NCBI GenBank assembly: GCA_963785045.1
Contig: CAWAUC010000028.1
Coordinates: 4,367-68,366, forward strand
Direction of reading: 5' to 3'
Origin: an uncultured delta proteobacterium
GTDB lineage: Bacteria > Desulfobacterota > Desulfobacteria > Desulfobacterales > SpSt-501
Length of the DNA stretch: 64,000 nucleotides
Made by a program: the position numbers and the translations under genes. The notes under the pieces are model-generated. The model ran no database searches, was not told where the DNA came from, and saw only the letters and a list, made by a program, of their open reading frames with translations. Of this stretch, positions 1-10,032 are shown piece by piece (the first letter of the stretch is position 1; every line of letters starts with the position of its first letter).

Positions 1-683
1 CTCTGAAGAGCCCGTACCACCGGAAACAGCCGCCACTGCGGCACCAGCTGCCGGATCTGATCGGTCAGCCGCTGCAGCCGCAGGCTGCAGTGACTCAGCG
101 CCTCGATGTATTCTTGCAGGACAATTTGTTGGCAGTGGTGAGGCATCTTGAGGTCGGCCAGCCAGCGCATGTGGGCCTGGCTCCACGACGCGCGCCCGCT
201 ATAATGATGCCCGCTGCGCAGCAGAAAGGCCAGCAGCCGTTGTTTGGCTTTCTTCTCGTCACTCTTGGCGTCTTCCCGTGCGCGGGTCAGATCGCGCAGG
301 GCTTCATCATCGTCGTGGGGAACGCAAACCGCCGTCAGTTCCCCGGCCCGGTGCAGACGGGCGAGCATCAGGCAGTCGCGGCGGTCGTTCTTGATCCGGT
401 TGCCGTTTGCTCTGGGTACCAGCGATGGTGCCACGACCGCACAGTCAAACCCCTTGGCGGTCAAGTGACGGTAGATCGAGTAGCCACAAGGACCGGCTTC
501 GTACGCAAAACAGGGGCGCTGCCCGTTGCTGACCAGTTTTCGCACTACCTTGTCCAGGGCCGCCAAGCTGCCCTCGATCGTGCCGAAGTGCCGCAGCTGA
601 CCCTGGCGGCCCTTTTGGGCAATGGCGATATCGATGGAATTTTTGTGGACATCCATACCGACGAATATGCTATTGTCTTTCAT
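1..683 (-). CDS. IS110-family transposase (DEDD-type), N-terminal part; 3' end lies beyond window start
   Basis: Absent from the ORF track because it runs off the window. The reverse complement from ATG at 681..683 reads MKDNSIFVGMDVHKNSIDIAIAQKGRQG..., which is the MDVHK N-terminal signature of IS110/IS1111 transposases. The + strand ORF 90..866 is its antisense shadow. Confidence 0.8.
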   Translation of the reverse strand, partial: MKDNSIFVGMDVHKNSIDIAIAQKGRQGQLRHFGTIEGSLAALDKVVRKLVSNGQRPCFAYEAGPCGYSIYRHLTAKGFDCAVVAPSLVPRANGNRIKNDRRDCLMLARLHRAGELTAVCVPHDDDEALRDLTRAREDAKSDEKKAKQRLLAFLLRSGHHYSGRASWSQAHMRWLADLKMPHHCQQIVLQEYIEALSHCSLRLQRLTDQIRQLVPQWRLFPVVRALQ

Positions 684-1005
684 GGCCTGCCTCCTTGGTT
701 TTGGCTCTGTGTTGGGGTTATAAGCACTCCCAGCATAACCCACGTTTGCAAGGATGGCAGGCCTTTTGTGTGGCGCTACCGGGCTGGCCAGCGCAAAAGC
801 CTCCCGGGCGAGAATGGGCTCCGGAGTGCTCGTCGGAGCCCGGGAGGTTTTTGCGCGGGTTCATAGCGACGACTCCCAGCTATGCCCGATGTTAAACTGT
901 CAACCATAATGTCTAGACTAGTGGCAATGGCATCCGTCCGGCCGCGCTGGACCCGACCGCCTGTCTTCTGCCGAATAAAACGCACCCACGGCAGGCCGGC
1001 ATGTG
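1..1005 (-). mobile_element. IS110-family insertion sequence, 5' (left-end) part with 322-nt non-coding end
   Basis: Transposase gene plus non-coding 684..1005. Homology of the flank to the dispersed repeat family (copies near 30.4, 39.4 and 42.1 kb) begins abruptly at 1006 (gtgatcccgatcgg...), which places the IS end at about 1005. Confidence 0.65.
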
Positions 1006-1200
1006 GTGATCCCGATCGGCATCGTTCTGGAATATCCTGCCTCTTTCGATGCCCCTCACCATAACATGCTGCAGGGCACCCGCAGCATCGATTCGCGATC
1101 GCCTCGGCATGAGACACCGTTATTACTTCCAAGCCTCACCTGTCGACTTAAATACTTAACAACGTGCCCTTTCACCTACAACAGATATTATGATGCAACA
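1006..1200 (-). repeat. Dispersed repeat copy A: 5' fragment of an IS200-like/RAYT (COG1943-type) transposase gene plus its upstream flank, cut by the IS110 insertion
   Basis: The minus strand from ATG 1110 reads MPRRSRIDAAGALQHVMVRGIERGRIFQNDADRD, a typical N-terminus of Y1 (IS200-like/REP-associated) transposases. It aligns at the nucleotide level with 30335..30548 and 39288..39531. It ends in ...gtgccctttcacctacaacagatatta. Confidence 0.7.
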
Positions 1201-1663
1201 CTCCGAGCGAGTCAGTGCGCGCTCTGCAAGGTATTCTAGGTTTTTTCCGGGACCAAATAAACAGATAAAACATTAAAAATTAGGATGTCCCCTACTCCCC
1301 CGAAAATCGCCTTTCGGATCGCGACCTCGCTCCCGGGAGAAGACTCCCACCGGTATTCTCGGGCATATGGTTTGCGGGCGAACTTGTGCCGAGCATCGAC
1401 CGCCTCCCTGTCATTGCACGCAATAGCCGATGCCAACATCTCCATCGCCACGCGGGCACGTCTGTTATCCCCTCCCTCGGGAAGCCATCCGTCGAAATCG
1501 AACGGAAAGTGTTTTTTGCATAATTGACCGCCGGCAATTTCTTGACTACAATAAGCCTGCCATTGCGAGACAGAGCCGTGGCTTGGTGCCGTTTTCCTTG
1601 TTGCGCCTGCCGCGCCCTCGTTTCAACCCTGACTCCTCGCTTCATGCACCGCAGGCTCATAAA

Positions 1664-3394
1664 ATGACAGACTCCCACAGCCCAGCTAAAACCAAGTTCA
1701 GGTGGATCGCGCTGCCGCTCGTGGCAGCCCTGTGCATTGCGGGAGCAAGCCGTTCGTTTTCCAGCATGTACACGCCAGGAATGGGAGCGGCTGCGGAGCT
1801 TTTCCTGGGGCGCTTGCAGGCAGCCCTCACAGCGTTTTCCGAGACTCCCATCCGAACTCAGGTATCCGGTCAGATGGTCTTTTTCAATTCCACCGAACTG
1901 CCCTCGGCCGCCGGCAACCTATCATTTGCGGGGCACTTCACCCTTGACCCCACAGGCCAGGCATTCAACGGCGTTCTGGAGCGCTTTGACATCAGCGGGG
2001 GGCGCATCAAGCTGGATCTGAAACAACCAGCCCGAATAAACGGTACACAGGACGGGACCTTGTCGATTGAAGGTTTCGAGGCCTACGGTCCCCAAGGCCA
2101 CATAACCGCCAATGGGTCAATCTCTCGCGATGGTAAATTTGACTTTTTCTTTCACTTGGAGGGCGCCAACCTGCACGCCTTCATCCCCTCTTGGGTGCCG
2201 GCGTCGATCGGAACCTTGGATGCCGAGCTTGCCCTGGAAGGCAACTGGGAAGCCCCTCCTTCCCATACCAGCGTCCCGGTCAACATCACCCTAAACGGTG
2301 GTAGGCTCCGGGCGGAATGGGGCATTCCGCCCATCGAATCCCTCGACATCAAAGCCCGCCTGGAACAACCCGGCCTCGAGATCCGGTCTCTCGAAGGTCT
2401 ATTGGGCGGGGCCCCTTTTCGGATAACGGGCCGCATCGAAAAGCCGTCGCCTCTGTCTGAAAACGGCCGGGTCGAACTTTCGCTCCACGGAGACGACCTC
2501 CTATTGTACCGCACCGAGGAGATTCGACTGCGCGCCGCAGCCGATCTCCGGTTGGCTGGACCCTTTTCGCGACCCGAGCTCAGCGGTACGCTCTCCATCA
2601 CCGATGGTCGTTATGAGAAGAATTTTGACCTGCTGGGGGGAGTAAGAGGCGCCGCTCAAAAAAGTTCGGCCTCGCCGCTTGAGCTTTTATCGATTCGTTC
2701 GCAGTTGTTCCGAGACGTGGTTTTTGGTGTTACGATCACAGGAACAACCCCCTTTGATATAAGGAACAACCGGGTTCGAACCGCCGCACGTCCGGAGCTG
2801 CGCTTAACCGGTACCGGTGAGAAGCCGATCCTGACCGGGAAGGTCTTCTTCAATGCGAGCACTCTCTATCTCCCTGGAGGGCGAATGCAATTTGAACCCG
2901 GCACGATTCGCTTCCAGCCACCCGACCCCGACCGTCCGTTGCTGGAATTTAACGGCCGTGGGAGGCTCCAGGGGTACGATGTTGTCGCCGTGGTGGAAGG
3001 CCCATACGATCAGCCGACGGTGACTCTGTCTTCATCACCGGTTCTTGCGAATGAAGAGCTGCTGCTGTTGGTGCTGAGCGGCCAGCCCCCAAAAACGCGC
3101 AAGGATATAAATTCTGGTAAATCGCACGACCTCGATGTGGCATTCTTCCTGGGGAAGGACATGATGTCGCGGATCGGAGGTCCCGGGTCCAACCCTTCAA
3201 CCCAGTCCATCATGGATCGCTTCGACGTGGATGTCGGCAGCAAAGTCACCCCGTCAGGGGACGAAACCGTTCATGTCTTGTTCCGAGTAGTGGACGGCCT
3301 TTTCCATAAGGGCGGCACGCTGTTTCTGACCGGTGAAAAAGACAGCTACGGATACTATAATGGTGGTGTGAGAATTGCTTTCCGTTTTCGATAG
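1664..3394 (+). CDS. TamB-like / DUF490 translocation-and-assembly-module protein
   Basis: ORF 1430..3394 with the start moved to ATG 1664 (MTDSHSPAKTKFRWIALPLVAALCIAGA anchor helix). The body is long and beta-rich. The C-terminus ...DSYGYYNGGVRIAFRFR is typical of the TamB C-terminal domain. It lies directly upstream of an Omp85 gene. Confidence 0.6.
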   Translation: MTDSHSPAKTKFRWIALPLVAALCIAGASRSFSSMYTPGMGAAAELFLGRLQAALTAFSETPIRTQVSGQMVFFNSTELPSAAGNLSFAGHFTLDPTGQAFNGVLERFDISGGRIKLDLKQPARINGTQDGTLSIEGFEAYGPQGHITANGSISRDGKFDFFFHLEGANLHAFIPSWVPASIGTLDAELALEGNWEAPPSHTSVPVNITLNGGRLRAEWGIPPIESLDIKARLEQPGLEIRSLEGLLGGAPFRITGRIEKPSPLSENGRVELSLHGDDLLLYRTEEIRLRAAADLRLAGPFSRPELSGTLSITDGRYEKNFDLLGGVRGAAQKSSASPLELLSIRSQLFRDVVFGVTITGTTPFDIRNNRVRTAARPELRLTGTGEKPILTGKVFFNASTLYLPGGRMQFEPGTIRFQPPDPDRPLLEFNGRGRLQGYDVVAVVEGPYDQPTVTLSSSPVLANEELLLLVLSGQPPKTRKDINSGKSHDLDVAFFLGKDMMSRIGGPGSNPSTQSIMDRFDVDVGSKVTPSGDETVHVLFRVVDGLFHKGGTLFLTGEKDSYGYYNGGVRIAFRFR

Positions 3395-5525
3395 GACCTG
3401 TGCAAGAAGATCACGGTTTCTTTTCCGTCTCACCCTGGCGGTTGCGGGGCTGGCTTTATTGAATTTCCAGATGACGGCGGTTGAGGCGCAACTTGAGCCC
3501 GGCCGGGTCGAACTGCGGTTCGAGGGAAACATCTCCAAAAGCGAGACAATCCTTCGTAAAGCGGCCGCGGATGAACTTGCCGCTTTTGAGCAAAGAGGGC
3601 AGCGGCAAGCTGACATCGACGACGCCGCTTTCCAGATGGAGTCGGTCTACTGGAAGGACGGATTTGCTTTTGCCAAAGTTGACTACCACATATCGCAAAC
3701 CGGAAATTTTACTACGGTCGTGTTTAAAATCGATGAGGGGCCGCGGGTGTTGGTGGACAAGCTCACCATAACCGGCAACCATGCCGTGGAGCGCACCACC
3801 ATCGAGTCGCGCTTTCGAGGAGACCGTCTCACGATTTTCGGTGAAACCGGCTACCCTCTTGTAAGATCAGAGATCGAATCGGCGGTCGAATCGGTTCGGG
3901 ATCTCTACCTGGGTCTCGGCTTCCTGGACCTCGTGGTCCAGGGCCCCCAATACGTCTTCCACCAAGATCGTACCCGGGTGGATATCGCCATCCAAATCGA
4001 TGAAGGGACCCGCTACTGGATCCGCCGCGTGACCTTCAGCGGTGATATCCCCGCCGATGCGAAAAGAGCATTGGACGGTTTATCCAGAGAGATGGTTGAC
4101 CAACCATACACGCGGAGACTGGATCTGGTGGTCAAGGCCCGCGCAGGGGAAATCTTCGGCAACTTGGGATATCCCGAAGCTGCCTTTGATGTGCACGACC
4201 GGTTGCCGGCGGGTCCCGGCCCGGTTGATCTCGACGTGGACATCGTTACGGGTCCCCTGGTCACGATTCAAGATGTCCGCATCTTGGGGGTGGATCAAAC
4301 CCGTGAGGAATTCATCCGCAAGCGATTAAAACTGAAGCCCGGCGACCCCTACAACCTAACACTCGAAAGGGAGAGTTCTTCGGAGCTTTTCAAATCGGGT
4401 GTGTTCAGCAAATGCGATATTGAACTGGAGAACACCGAGAACCCGGGTCAAAAGATCCTCGTGGTGAAGGTGGAGGAGATTCCACCTCAGGAAGTTTACG
4501 TGCAGCCGGGCTGGGGTTCATACGAACAGCTTATGATGAAGGTCGGCTACCGCCACAAGAACCTTTTTGGATCTGCGCTCTCGTGGGACACAGGGCTGTC
4601 CGGTTCACGCAAATCCCAGGGAGTTTCCAACACCCTCGCAGACCCGTGGTTCCTCGATACGAGCCTTAGAGCCGAACTCACCGGGTTTGCCGACCACCGG
4701 GAGGAACCCGCCTTTACCCGCAGGGATTACGGCGGGAGCTTTTTTCTGAGCAAGGAACTGAATCCTGCCATTAATCTCACCGGTGGCTATACTCTGCGGA
4801 ACACAAGGCTCTCCGACCTGGGCACCACGGTGCAGGAAGAGGAATTTCAGCAGAACTACGATCTTTCAAGCATAAAATTGCAGGCTACCTACGACACCCG
4901 CAACGACCTGTTTTTTCCGACCAGCGGGCAAAAGGCCTTCACTGCCGTCGAGCAGGCGGAAAGCTGGCTGGGAGGCGATGTCAACTTCACCCGGCTCACG
5001 CTGGGCTCGCGCGTCTTCTTCCGGATCGCTGATTCCACCGTCTTGGGGCTGCGCTATGACACCGGTCTGATTATTCCGGGCCGCGAGGATTTAACGGTAC
5101 CGCCGGCCGAGCGCTTTTTCAACGGCGGCGAAAACACCGTGCGCAGCTTCAAGGAGTTCAAACTCGGCCCGCGCGACACTTCGGGCAAGCCCACGGGGGG
5201 GCTCGGCTACAATGTTTTCAGCGCGGAGTTTCGCCAGCGGTTGATCGGCAACTTTACCGGCACCATTTTCGGTGACCTCGGCAACGTGTCGCCCAACCGT
5301 ACCCGCGCTGCAGAAGGGGAGTCGCCGTATCGAAACCGCGAGCAGATTATATCCGACACATTGAGCGACTTCTTCCGGGGGTTCCGGCCGGCCGTGGGTT
5401 GCGGGCTGCAGTACCTGTTGCCAATTGGAGCGGCGCGCGTGGATGTCGGGTTCAATCCGGACCGCGAAAAGAGTCGAGACGAAGACCTATACGTGGTGCA
5501 TTTCAGCGTTGGCATGGCTTTTTAG
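3375..5525 (+). CDS. Omp85-family outer-membrane protein (BamA/TamA-like) with POTRA repeats
   Basis: 716 aa with a signal peptide (LTLAVAGLALLNFQMTAVEA). POTRA-like repeats are present (VVFKIDEGPRVLVDKLTITGN; IQIDEGTRYWIRRVTFSGD; IVTGPLVTIQDVRILG). A C-terminal barrel ends ...VVHFSVGMAF. Confidence 0.8.
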   Translation: MLSVFDRTCARRSRFLFRLTLAVAGLALLNFQMTAVEAQLEPGRVELRFEGNISKSETILRKAAADELAAFEQRGQRQADIDDAAFQMESVYWKDGFAFAKVDYHISQTGNFTTVVFKIDEGPRVLVDKLTITGNHAVERTTIESRFRGDRLTIFGETGYPLVRSEIESAVESVRDLYLGLGFLDLVVQGPQYVFHQDRTRVDIAIQIDEGTRYWIRRVTFSGDIPADAKRALDGLSREMVDQPYTRRLDLVVKARAGEIFGNLGYPEAAFDVHDRLPAGPGPVDLDVDIVTGPLVTIQDVRILGVDQTREEFIRKRLKLKPGDPYNLTLERESSSELFKSGVFSKCDIELENTENPGQKILVVKVEEIPPQEVYVQPGWGSYEQLMMKVGYRHKNLFGSALSWDTGLSGSRKSQGVSNTLADPWFLDTSLRAELTGFADHREEPAFTRRDYGGSFFLSKELNPAINLTGGYTLRNTRLSDLGTTVQEEEFQQNYDLSSIKLQATYDTRNDLFFPTSGQKAFTAVEQAESWLGGDVNFTRLTLGSRVFFRIADSTVLGLRYDTGLIIPGREDLTVPPAERFFNGGENTVRSFKEFKLGPRDTSGKPTGGLGYNVFSAEFRQRLIGNFTGTIFGDLGNVSPNRTRAAEGESPYRNREQIISDTLSDFFRGFRPAVGCGLQYLLPIGAARVDVGFNPDREKSRDEDLYVVHFSVGMAF

Positions 5526-5570
5526 CACAGGTGGGGATGCTGGGGTCGCTGTTAGCTTACCATGTTATTA

Positions 5571-6947
5571 CCTGAATTTTGCACGCAACTCACCGCTATG
5601 ATTGGCGGGGAAAAATTTTCTTTCACCCCCGCTGATCGCGAGTGGGAACCCGCAGCCCTTCAGGCGGGGCTATCGCTGGGTATCAAGCAGTCCGAAGTCG
5701 TCTTCAACATATAGATTTTGCGTTCCCTTTTGATCATGCAAGAAAATTCTTGCCTGCACCGGCAGGGCAAAACGCTGAGGCCAGTAGCCGGGGCCAAGCC
5801 AAGGTTTTGTTTGGCCGCGTCGGTTGTCTAAAAAATGGAGAAAGGAAAGCATCCCCTTCGAACAGCACGCACTGCTGGGGTTGCTTCGATGGTGGTTTCT
5901 GCTCCTTTGCAATGCGCATGGCAACAAAACGGCAGACGTGCTCCCAACCGCCTGGCCGATAAAAGCAGCTATTGAATTCAATCACCTTGCGCTTCCAGGG
6001 CCGATACCAGCCGGCTGGGTCAAATACCGGGGTGCATCCCCGGTTTGCGATGATGAAATCAAAACCGGCCGTCATCGCCGCCTGCACACTTTCCCAGGAT
6101 AGGAATTCGCCGTCGGCCCGAAGCAGTACCTCCCGGACGCAGCCGGGCAGATGGTTTTGGATATCGGCAATAAAGGCAGCGGTTTCTTGACCGGAAACGG
6201 TGACGCCTTTTCGCAGTTTGCCGACCAAATACTCACGGGTTTCTTCGATGAAGCCAAGAATCGGCCGAAGGCCCAGCTTGCCGCGGTGCTGGGTATTGTG
6301 GCCCTTGCGGGCGCCCTGCTGGTTGCCAAAAACAGTTTTGACGGTGATGTCGATGTTGATTCGAATCCGGGCGTATTGCAAATCGCACAATTGCCAGACC
6401 CGCTCGCGCAGCATATCGGCTACCTTCAAGACCGATTGGGCCTGATTGATTCCCAGGCTGTCCACGTAACGCCAATAGGTGCTGGCCGCCGGAAGCCGGC
6501 TTACCCTGAAAAAGCCGCAGAGCATCGCGTCCAAGCGAACGTATACGAAATGCCAGATCCGGTTGAACCCGATAAACAGTAGCATCAAAATGCCTGCCAT
6601 CATCCCATAGTGGCCCAGCTTGGGCTGCCGGCAGGGTGCCTGGTAAGCAAAGTGAAAAATTTCCCGAAAGCCACCAGATCGAAAAATTTAATCAACGCCA
6701 AAAGCCCGCCAAATGGGATCAGCTGCTCGCTGCAGGTCTCAAACCCGGTGGAAGCGTTGATTTTTCCGGCCCTTGCGCGATTGGCACAAAATCCTTTACC
6801 ACCGCGGCTTTTCCTGCTAACCTTTTCCCGTCGTTTTACCATCTGGGTATCTCCTGTTATAGCTGTTTAGGTTTGGCCAAACCGTTGCTATGACAGGATC
6901 CCAGATGGTATTTTATTTTTCAACCCTTATGTCGTGCAAAATTCAGG
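5571..6947 (-). mobile_element. IS1380-family insertion sequence, decayed (shortened, frameshifted transposase)
   Basis: Perfect 15-bp terminal inverted repeats cctgaattttgcacg (5571..5585) and cgtgcaaaattcagg (6933..6947) enclose the transposase remnants. The 1377-bp length is shorter than I recall for intact IS1380 members. Confidence 0.7.
5734..6842 (-). pseudogene. IS1380-family DDE transposase, frameshifted near 6600 and C-terminally degraded
   Basis: ORF 6600..6842 (MVKRREKVSRKSRGGKGF...LIPFGGLLALIKFFDLV) and ORF 5734..6603 (...NIDITVKTVFGNQQGARKGHNTQHRGKLGLRPILGFIEETREYLVGKLRKG...) are consecutive parts of one transposase in different frames. Confidence 0.65.
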
Positions 6948-7365
6948 CAATAATCTCTTCCTAAATTGATGACGACGATGACAATTCAAAACGATAGATC
7001 TATTTTATTTGCCTAATTTATTGCGCTTATATGTCGAATAATATCATAGTCTTCATTAACCTTGCAACAGGCAATAAAATCGCCGCAATTCAGGGTGGTT
7101 CGAGGTTTGGACTTCCTGCCCTTAATCGATTTCTGATCGAGAATCAGAATGACTTGAGAATACAAGATGAAAGGTGCTTGCTCAGGAAGTTGCAAATTTG
7201 TTTGAGGTTGGCGGGATTTTTTGTCAATCAAGCTTTGAGATAGTTCGCGATTATCTCAAGTGCCCGAACCTAATCTCTCCGTATCAATAACCAAGATTTG
7301 ACCCCGAGCTTTTCCGGGTTAAGCCATACTCCTTTTCCTCTTTTTTTCTGCTGGTAATCTCTTCC

Positions 7366-8109
7366 CTACGGCAAACTCTGAATCCGTTGGATTCGATCTT
7401 CAGTGCCTGGATGGTTTTCGAGAAAACCTCCGCTCGGGCCCGATGCCTGCAGCAGCCAGGTCAGCGCCCCGCTCATGATCTGTTTGCCGGGGTAGCCCGC
7501 CCGCCTGAGGATGTCCACTCCGTGCGCATCTGCTTCGTACTCCTCGGACCGACTGAAAGGCCGCATCACCCCCAGGTCAGCGATCAGGGGTGTGATGTAC
7601 CCCGACCCGGGGATGACTTGATCGAGGATGATCATGCCGAGGTTCATCCCGGTCCCGAGGGCCTGGGCTTTCGCGACGTGGCCGAGGTCTGCGTGCGCCA
7701 CCTCGTGCGCCAAGACGCCCCGTAATTGATCATCATTGGCCCTTTCCAGAAGACCGCTCGTGACGTAGAATTTTCCGCCGCCGGCATTGGCGGCATTGAT
7801 TTGTTTGTCTTCCAGCACTGTCAGTTGCACCTGACTCAAAGGGATGGGATGGTCCATGTTCTGAAGGAGCGGAATCATCACCCTCTGAATTCGTTCCGCC
7901 TGTTGTGGGTCAATCTGGCGGGTAGCCGAACCTGTCGATTCTGACGGCACCTGCGACGTTCCGCTCGCGCAGCTCACCATGAGACACATCAGACCCGCCG
8001 TCAGAACCATCGGCATCCTCCAGGAACGATGCGACGCGGTCCGGGCCGAAACGAGTCTCTGGTGTATTCCATTTAGTATTGATAGTGGTTCCCCCATGGT
8101 CCCGCTCAT
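7366..8109 (-). CDS. M48-family zinc metallopeptidase, probable lipoprotein
   Basis: HExxH motif HEVAHADLGH with a downstream EEYEADAHG. N-terminal lipobox-like LTAGLMCLMVSCASG. The true start may be an internal Met. Confidence 0.75.
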   Translation of the reverse strand: MSGTMGEPLSILNGIHQRLVSARTASHRSWRMPMVLTAGLMCLMVSCASGTSQVPSESTGSATRQIDPQQAERIQRVMIPLLQNMDHPIPLSQVQLTVLEDKQINAANAGGGKFYVTSGLLERANDDQLRGVLAHEVAHADLGHVAKAQALGTGMNLGMIILDQVIPGSGYITPLIADLGVMRPFSRSEEYEADAHGVDILRRAGYPGKQIMSGALTWLLQASGPSGGFLENHPGTEDRIQRIQSLP

Positions 8110-8210
8110 TTTACAGTCCTCGCCTGGAAACTCTCACACAGGCTTGGGCTCACTGTGATGCCTAATTTTTCTCCGAGCCCATCTGTATTCTGCGCTCAGT
8201 TAAAACTATG

Positions 8211-9536
8211 CTACCTCCTTTTCACGAGTTCCTCCTCAATCTCCTTAACCCACGGACTGTTTTCGTCACGCCGCTCACGAGACTCACGTATTAGCCGGAG
8301 ATTCCGAGCGGTCGTCTCAGGTTCCCAGACTTCACGAGACGCCGCAAGGGCATCGCTGAGGGCTCCCGCGGCTTTATCCTCATCTTGAGCAAGCACTGCT
8401 AATTCAAGGAGGGTTGCATAATCCCAGTAGTCGGGTTTCCCTGACGCAATCTTTCTTTCAACGCCGTATGCGATAACAGGGATGAGTTGGTTTCGCCTGG
8501 GATCAGGTGGGTCCTTCAGTTCCATGAGGGTAGCCGCGTTGATGCCGGGGAAAACATCCCGCCAATCCGTTTCAAACCCTTTGAGGTAGGCATCAATCGC
8601 CTTTTCCAGCAGACCCCTGGCCAGTATTTTCTCCCCGCGCTTCACTGCTGCATCCCATCTGTCCTTATAAACCCTGCCGAGAATACCATAGGTCTCGCTG
8701 CTCGGACCGCGTTTGCTCATGAGGTCTAAAAGTATCCTCTCAGCTTCTTCACCCTGGCCAACCCTGTTCAATGACAGGGCGAGTTGCTCTTGTACCATAA
8801 TGGTTGCTGCCAGAGGGGATGACATTTTCTTGACCAGCCCGATCATATCCTGCCATGCTTCCACCGCACGATAGGACAGAAAGAGATCTATGACCACTCC
8901 TCCCTCAACGTCTCCAATGTTTCCAAGCTCATGTTCAATCTGCTTCAGCTCCGCAAGCCCCTTTTTCCTTGCCCCAGTGAGCCGCTGCTTCATGTCCAGG
9001 GAGTAATTGACCTGTTCGCGGAACACGTCGGTCCTGGAATGATCGATCATTGGAACGTTTCTGATAAGGTCGAAGTTATAGATAGGACTGTCCGTGGCCG
9101 CGTTCTTGGCCTCAACGAGGCGCTTCGTCAGAACGGTTTGGACAGTCTCAACGTCCGCTGGTTTTCCGCCAGAGGACAGCCGGTAAGGCACACCCCGCAG
9201 ATTAGCAATGTCGAAAGGCAAGCGACTGTTTTCAGCAAAGAGAAGCACGGTGCTCCACGGCCGGACTGCGTGGCGTATGCCGAGTTCATAGAACACATTG
9301 GCATTCGCCGTGGTCAAGTCCGCAACAGCGTACTCACAAAGCATGAGGCGCTCAAACATGGGCTTGTGGATTATCCCGCCCGTCACCTCCTCGTCGGCGC
9401 GGATCGGCTGAAGACCTGCAGCAGTTATTGAGGGCGCGATGAGTTCTTTGTAAATACCATCAAAATCTATGAAAATCCCAGCAGCGTCAGTCTTTTTCCC
9501 AAAGGGCATAAGAACAAAGCAAAGCGGTTTCATCAT
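8211..9536 (-). CDS. DUF4071 (MAP3K TRAF-binding-like, TPR-rich) protein with N-terminal TIR/deoxyribosyltransferase-like alpha/beta domain
   Basis: ORF 8211..9611 with the start moved to ATGATG at 9536, preceded by ggagagg. The N-terminus reads MMKPLCFVLMPFGKK...YAVADLTTANANVFYELGIRHA. The C-terminal helical repeats include ...SETYGILGRVYKDRWDAA...AIDAYLKGFETDWRDVFPGINAATL. Confidence 0.55.
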   Translation of the reverse strand: MMKPLCFVLMPFGKKTDAAGIFIDFDGIYKELIAPSITAAGLQPIRADEEVTGGIIHKPMFERLMLCEYAVADLTTANANVFYELGIRHAVRPWSTVLLFAENSRLPFDIANLRGVPYRLSSGGKPADVETVQTVLTKRLVEAKNAATDSPIYNFDLIRNVPMIDHSRTDVFREQVNYSLDMKQRLTGARKKGLAELKQIEHELGNIGDVEGGVVIDLFLSYRAVEAWQDMIGLVKKMSSPLAATIMVQEQLALSLNRVGQGEEAERILLDLMSKRGPSSETYGILGRVYKDRWDAAVKRGEKILARGLLEKAIDAYLKGFETDWRDVFPGINAATLMELKDPPDPRRNQLIPVIAYGVERKIASGKPDYWDYATLLELAVLAQDEDKAAGALSDALAASREVWEPETTARNLRLIRESRERRDENSPWVKEIEEELVKRR

Positions 9537-10032
9537 CTTTACCTCTCCAAAAACCCGGCGTGGAAAAAACGGACCTGAATTCAAAACCGTACTCTTCGCC
9601 TTGGTCCTCATTAAAAAAGCAGTTCAGGCTTTAGCACGCTTTGATATGTCCGTATTCGCAACCCAGCTCAGAATAGGTTCATTATACAAGCACATGCCAT
9701 ATCTCGGATGCGTATGCGGCAAAGCCTGTTTTTTCCCTGATGTTAGATAGTTACATATGAGATGTAGATTATCACTTTATCTCCCATGTCAAGACCTTTG
9801 TCATAGACCGAGACCCTGGATCCCATTGAGGACGCCCAGATAGGAGCCGCGCCGGCCCTTGAGTGTCGAAAGCTGGCTGCAACACCTGGTTTTTAAGTTT
9901 ATATTGCTGATCTCGAACATTCGGGTTATCTTAGGAAACATAATGAAGGCTTGAGAGTGGCAACAGTTTGTTTATCGGGAGTAGGGGCGATCAGCCCCTG
10001 TATAATCGCACGCGCAGAAACATCCGGCAGAC

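Noticed and set aside
90-866. 258-aa + strand ORF at the window start.
   Set aside because: It is antisense to the IS110 transposase, whose N-terminus (MKDNSIFVGMDVHK...) reads cleanly on the minus strand from 683.
776-1132. 'Conserved' ORFs MEV(I/V)TVSHAEA(I/V)ANRCCGCPA(A/V)C.GEGHRKR.DIP.R.RSGS at 776..1132, 30168..30524 and 39292..39516, which look like a Cys-rich protein family.
   Set aside because: The conservation is nucleotide identity of the dispersed repeat. The other frame of the same (minus) strand encodes a recognisable RAYT/IS200-like N-terminus (MPRRSRIDA.GALQHVMVRGIERG..). The three ORFs diverge completely outside the repeat.
2772-2785. tRNA T-arm-like string gggttcgaaccgcc.
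   Set aside because: It lies inside the TamB-like coding frame. No acceptor, anticodon or D-arm complement could be built around it.
6948-7365. AT-rich spacer with overlapping 70-72-aa ORFs on both strands (7013..7231 minus, 7031..7243 plus).
   Set aside because: There is no RBS or recognisable motif, and the two ORFs mutually overlap. It is likely non-coding junk or a promoter region beside the IS1380 end.
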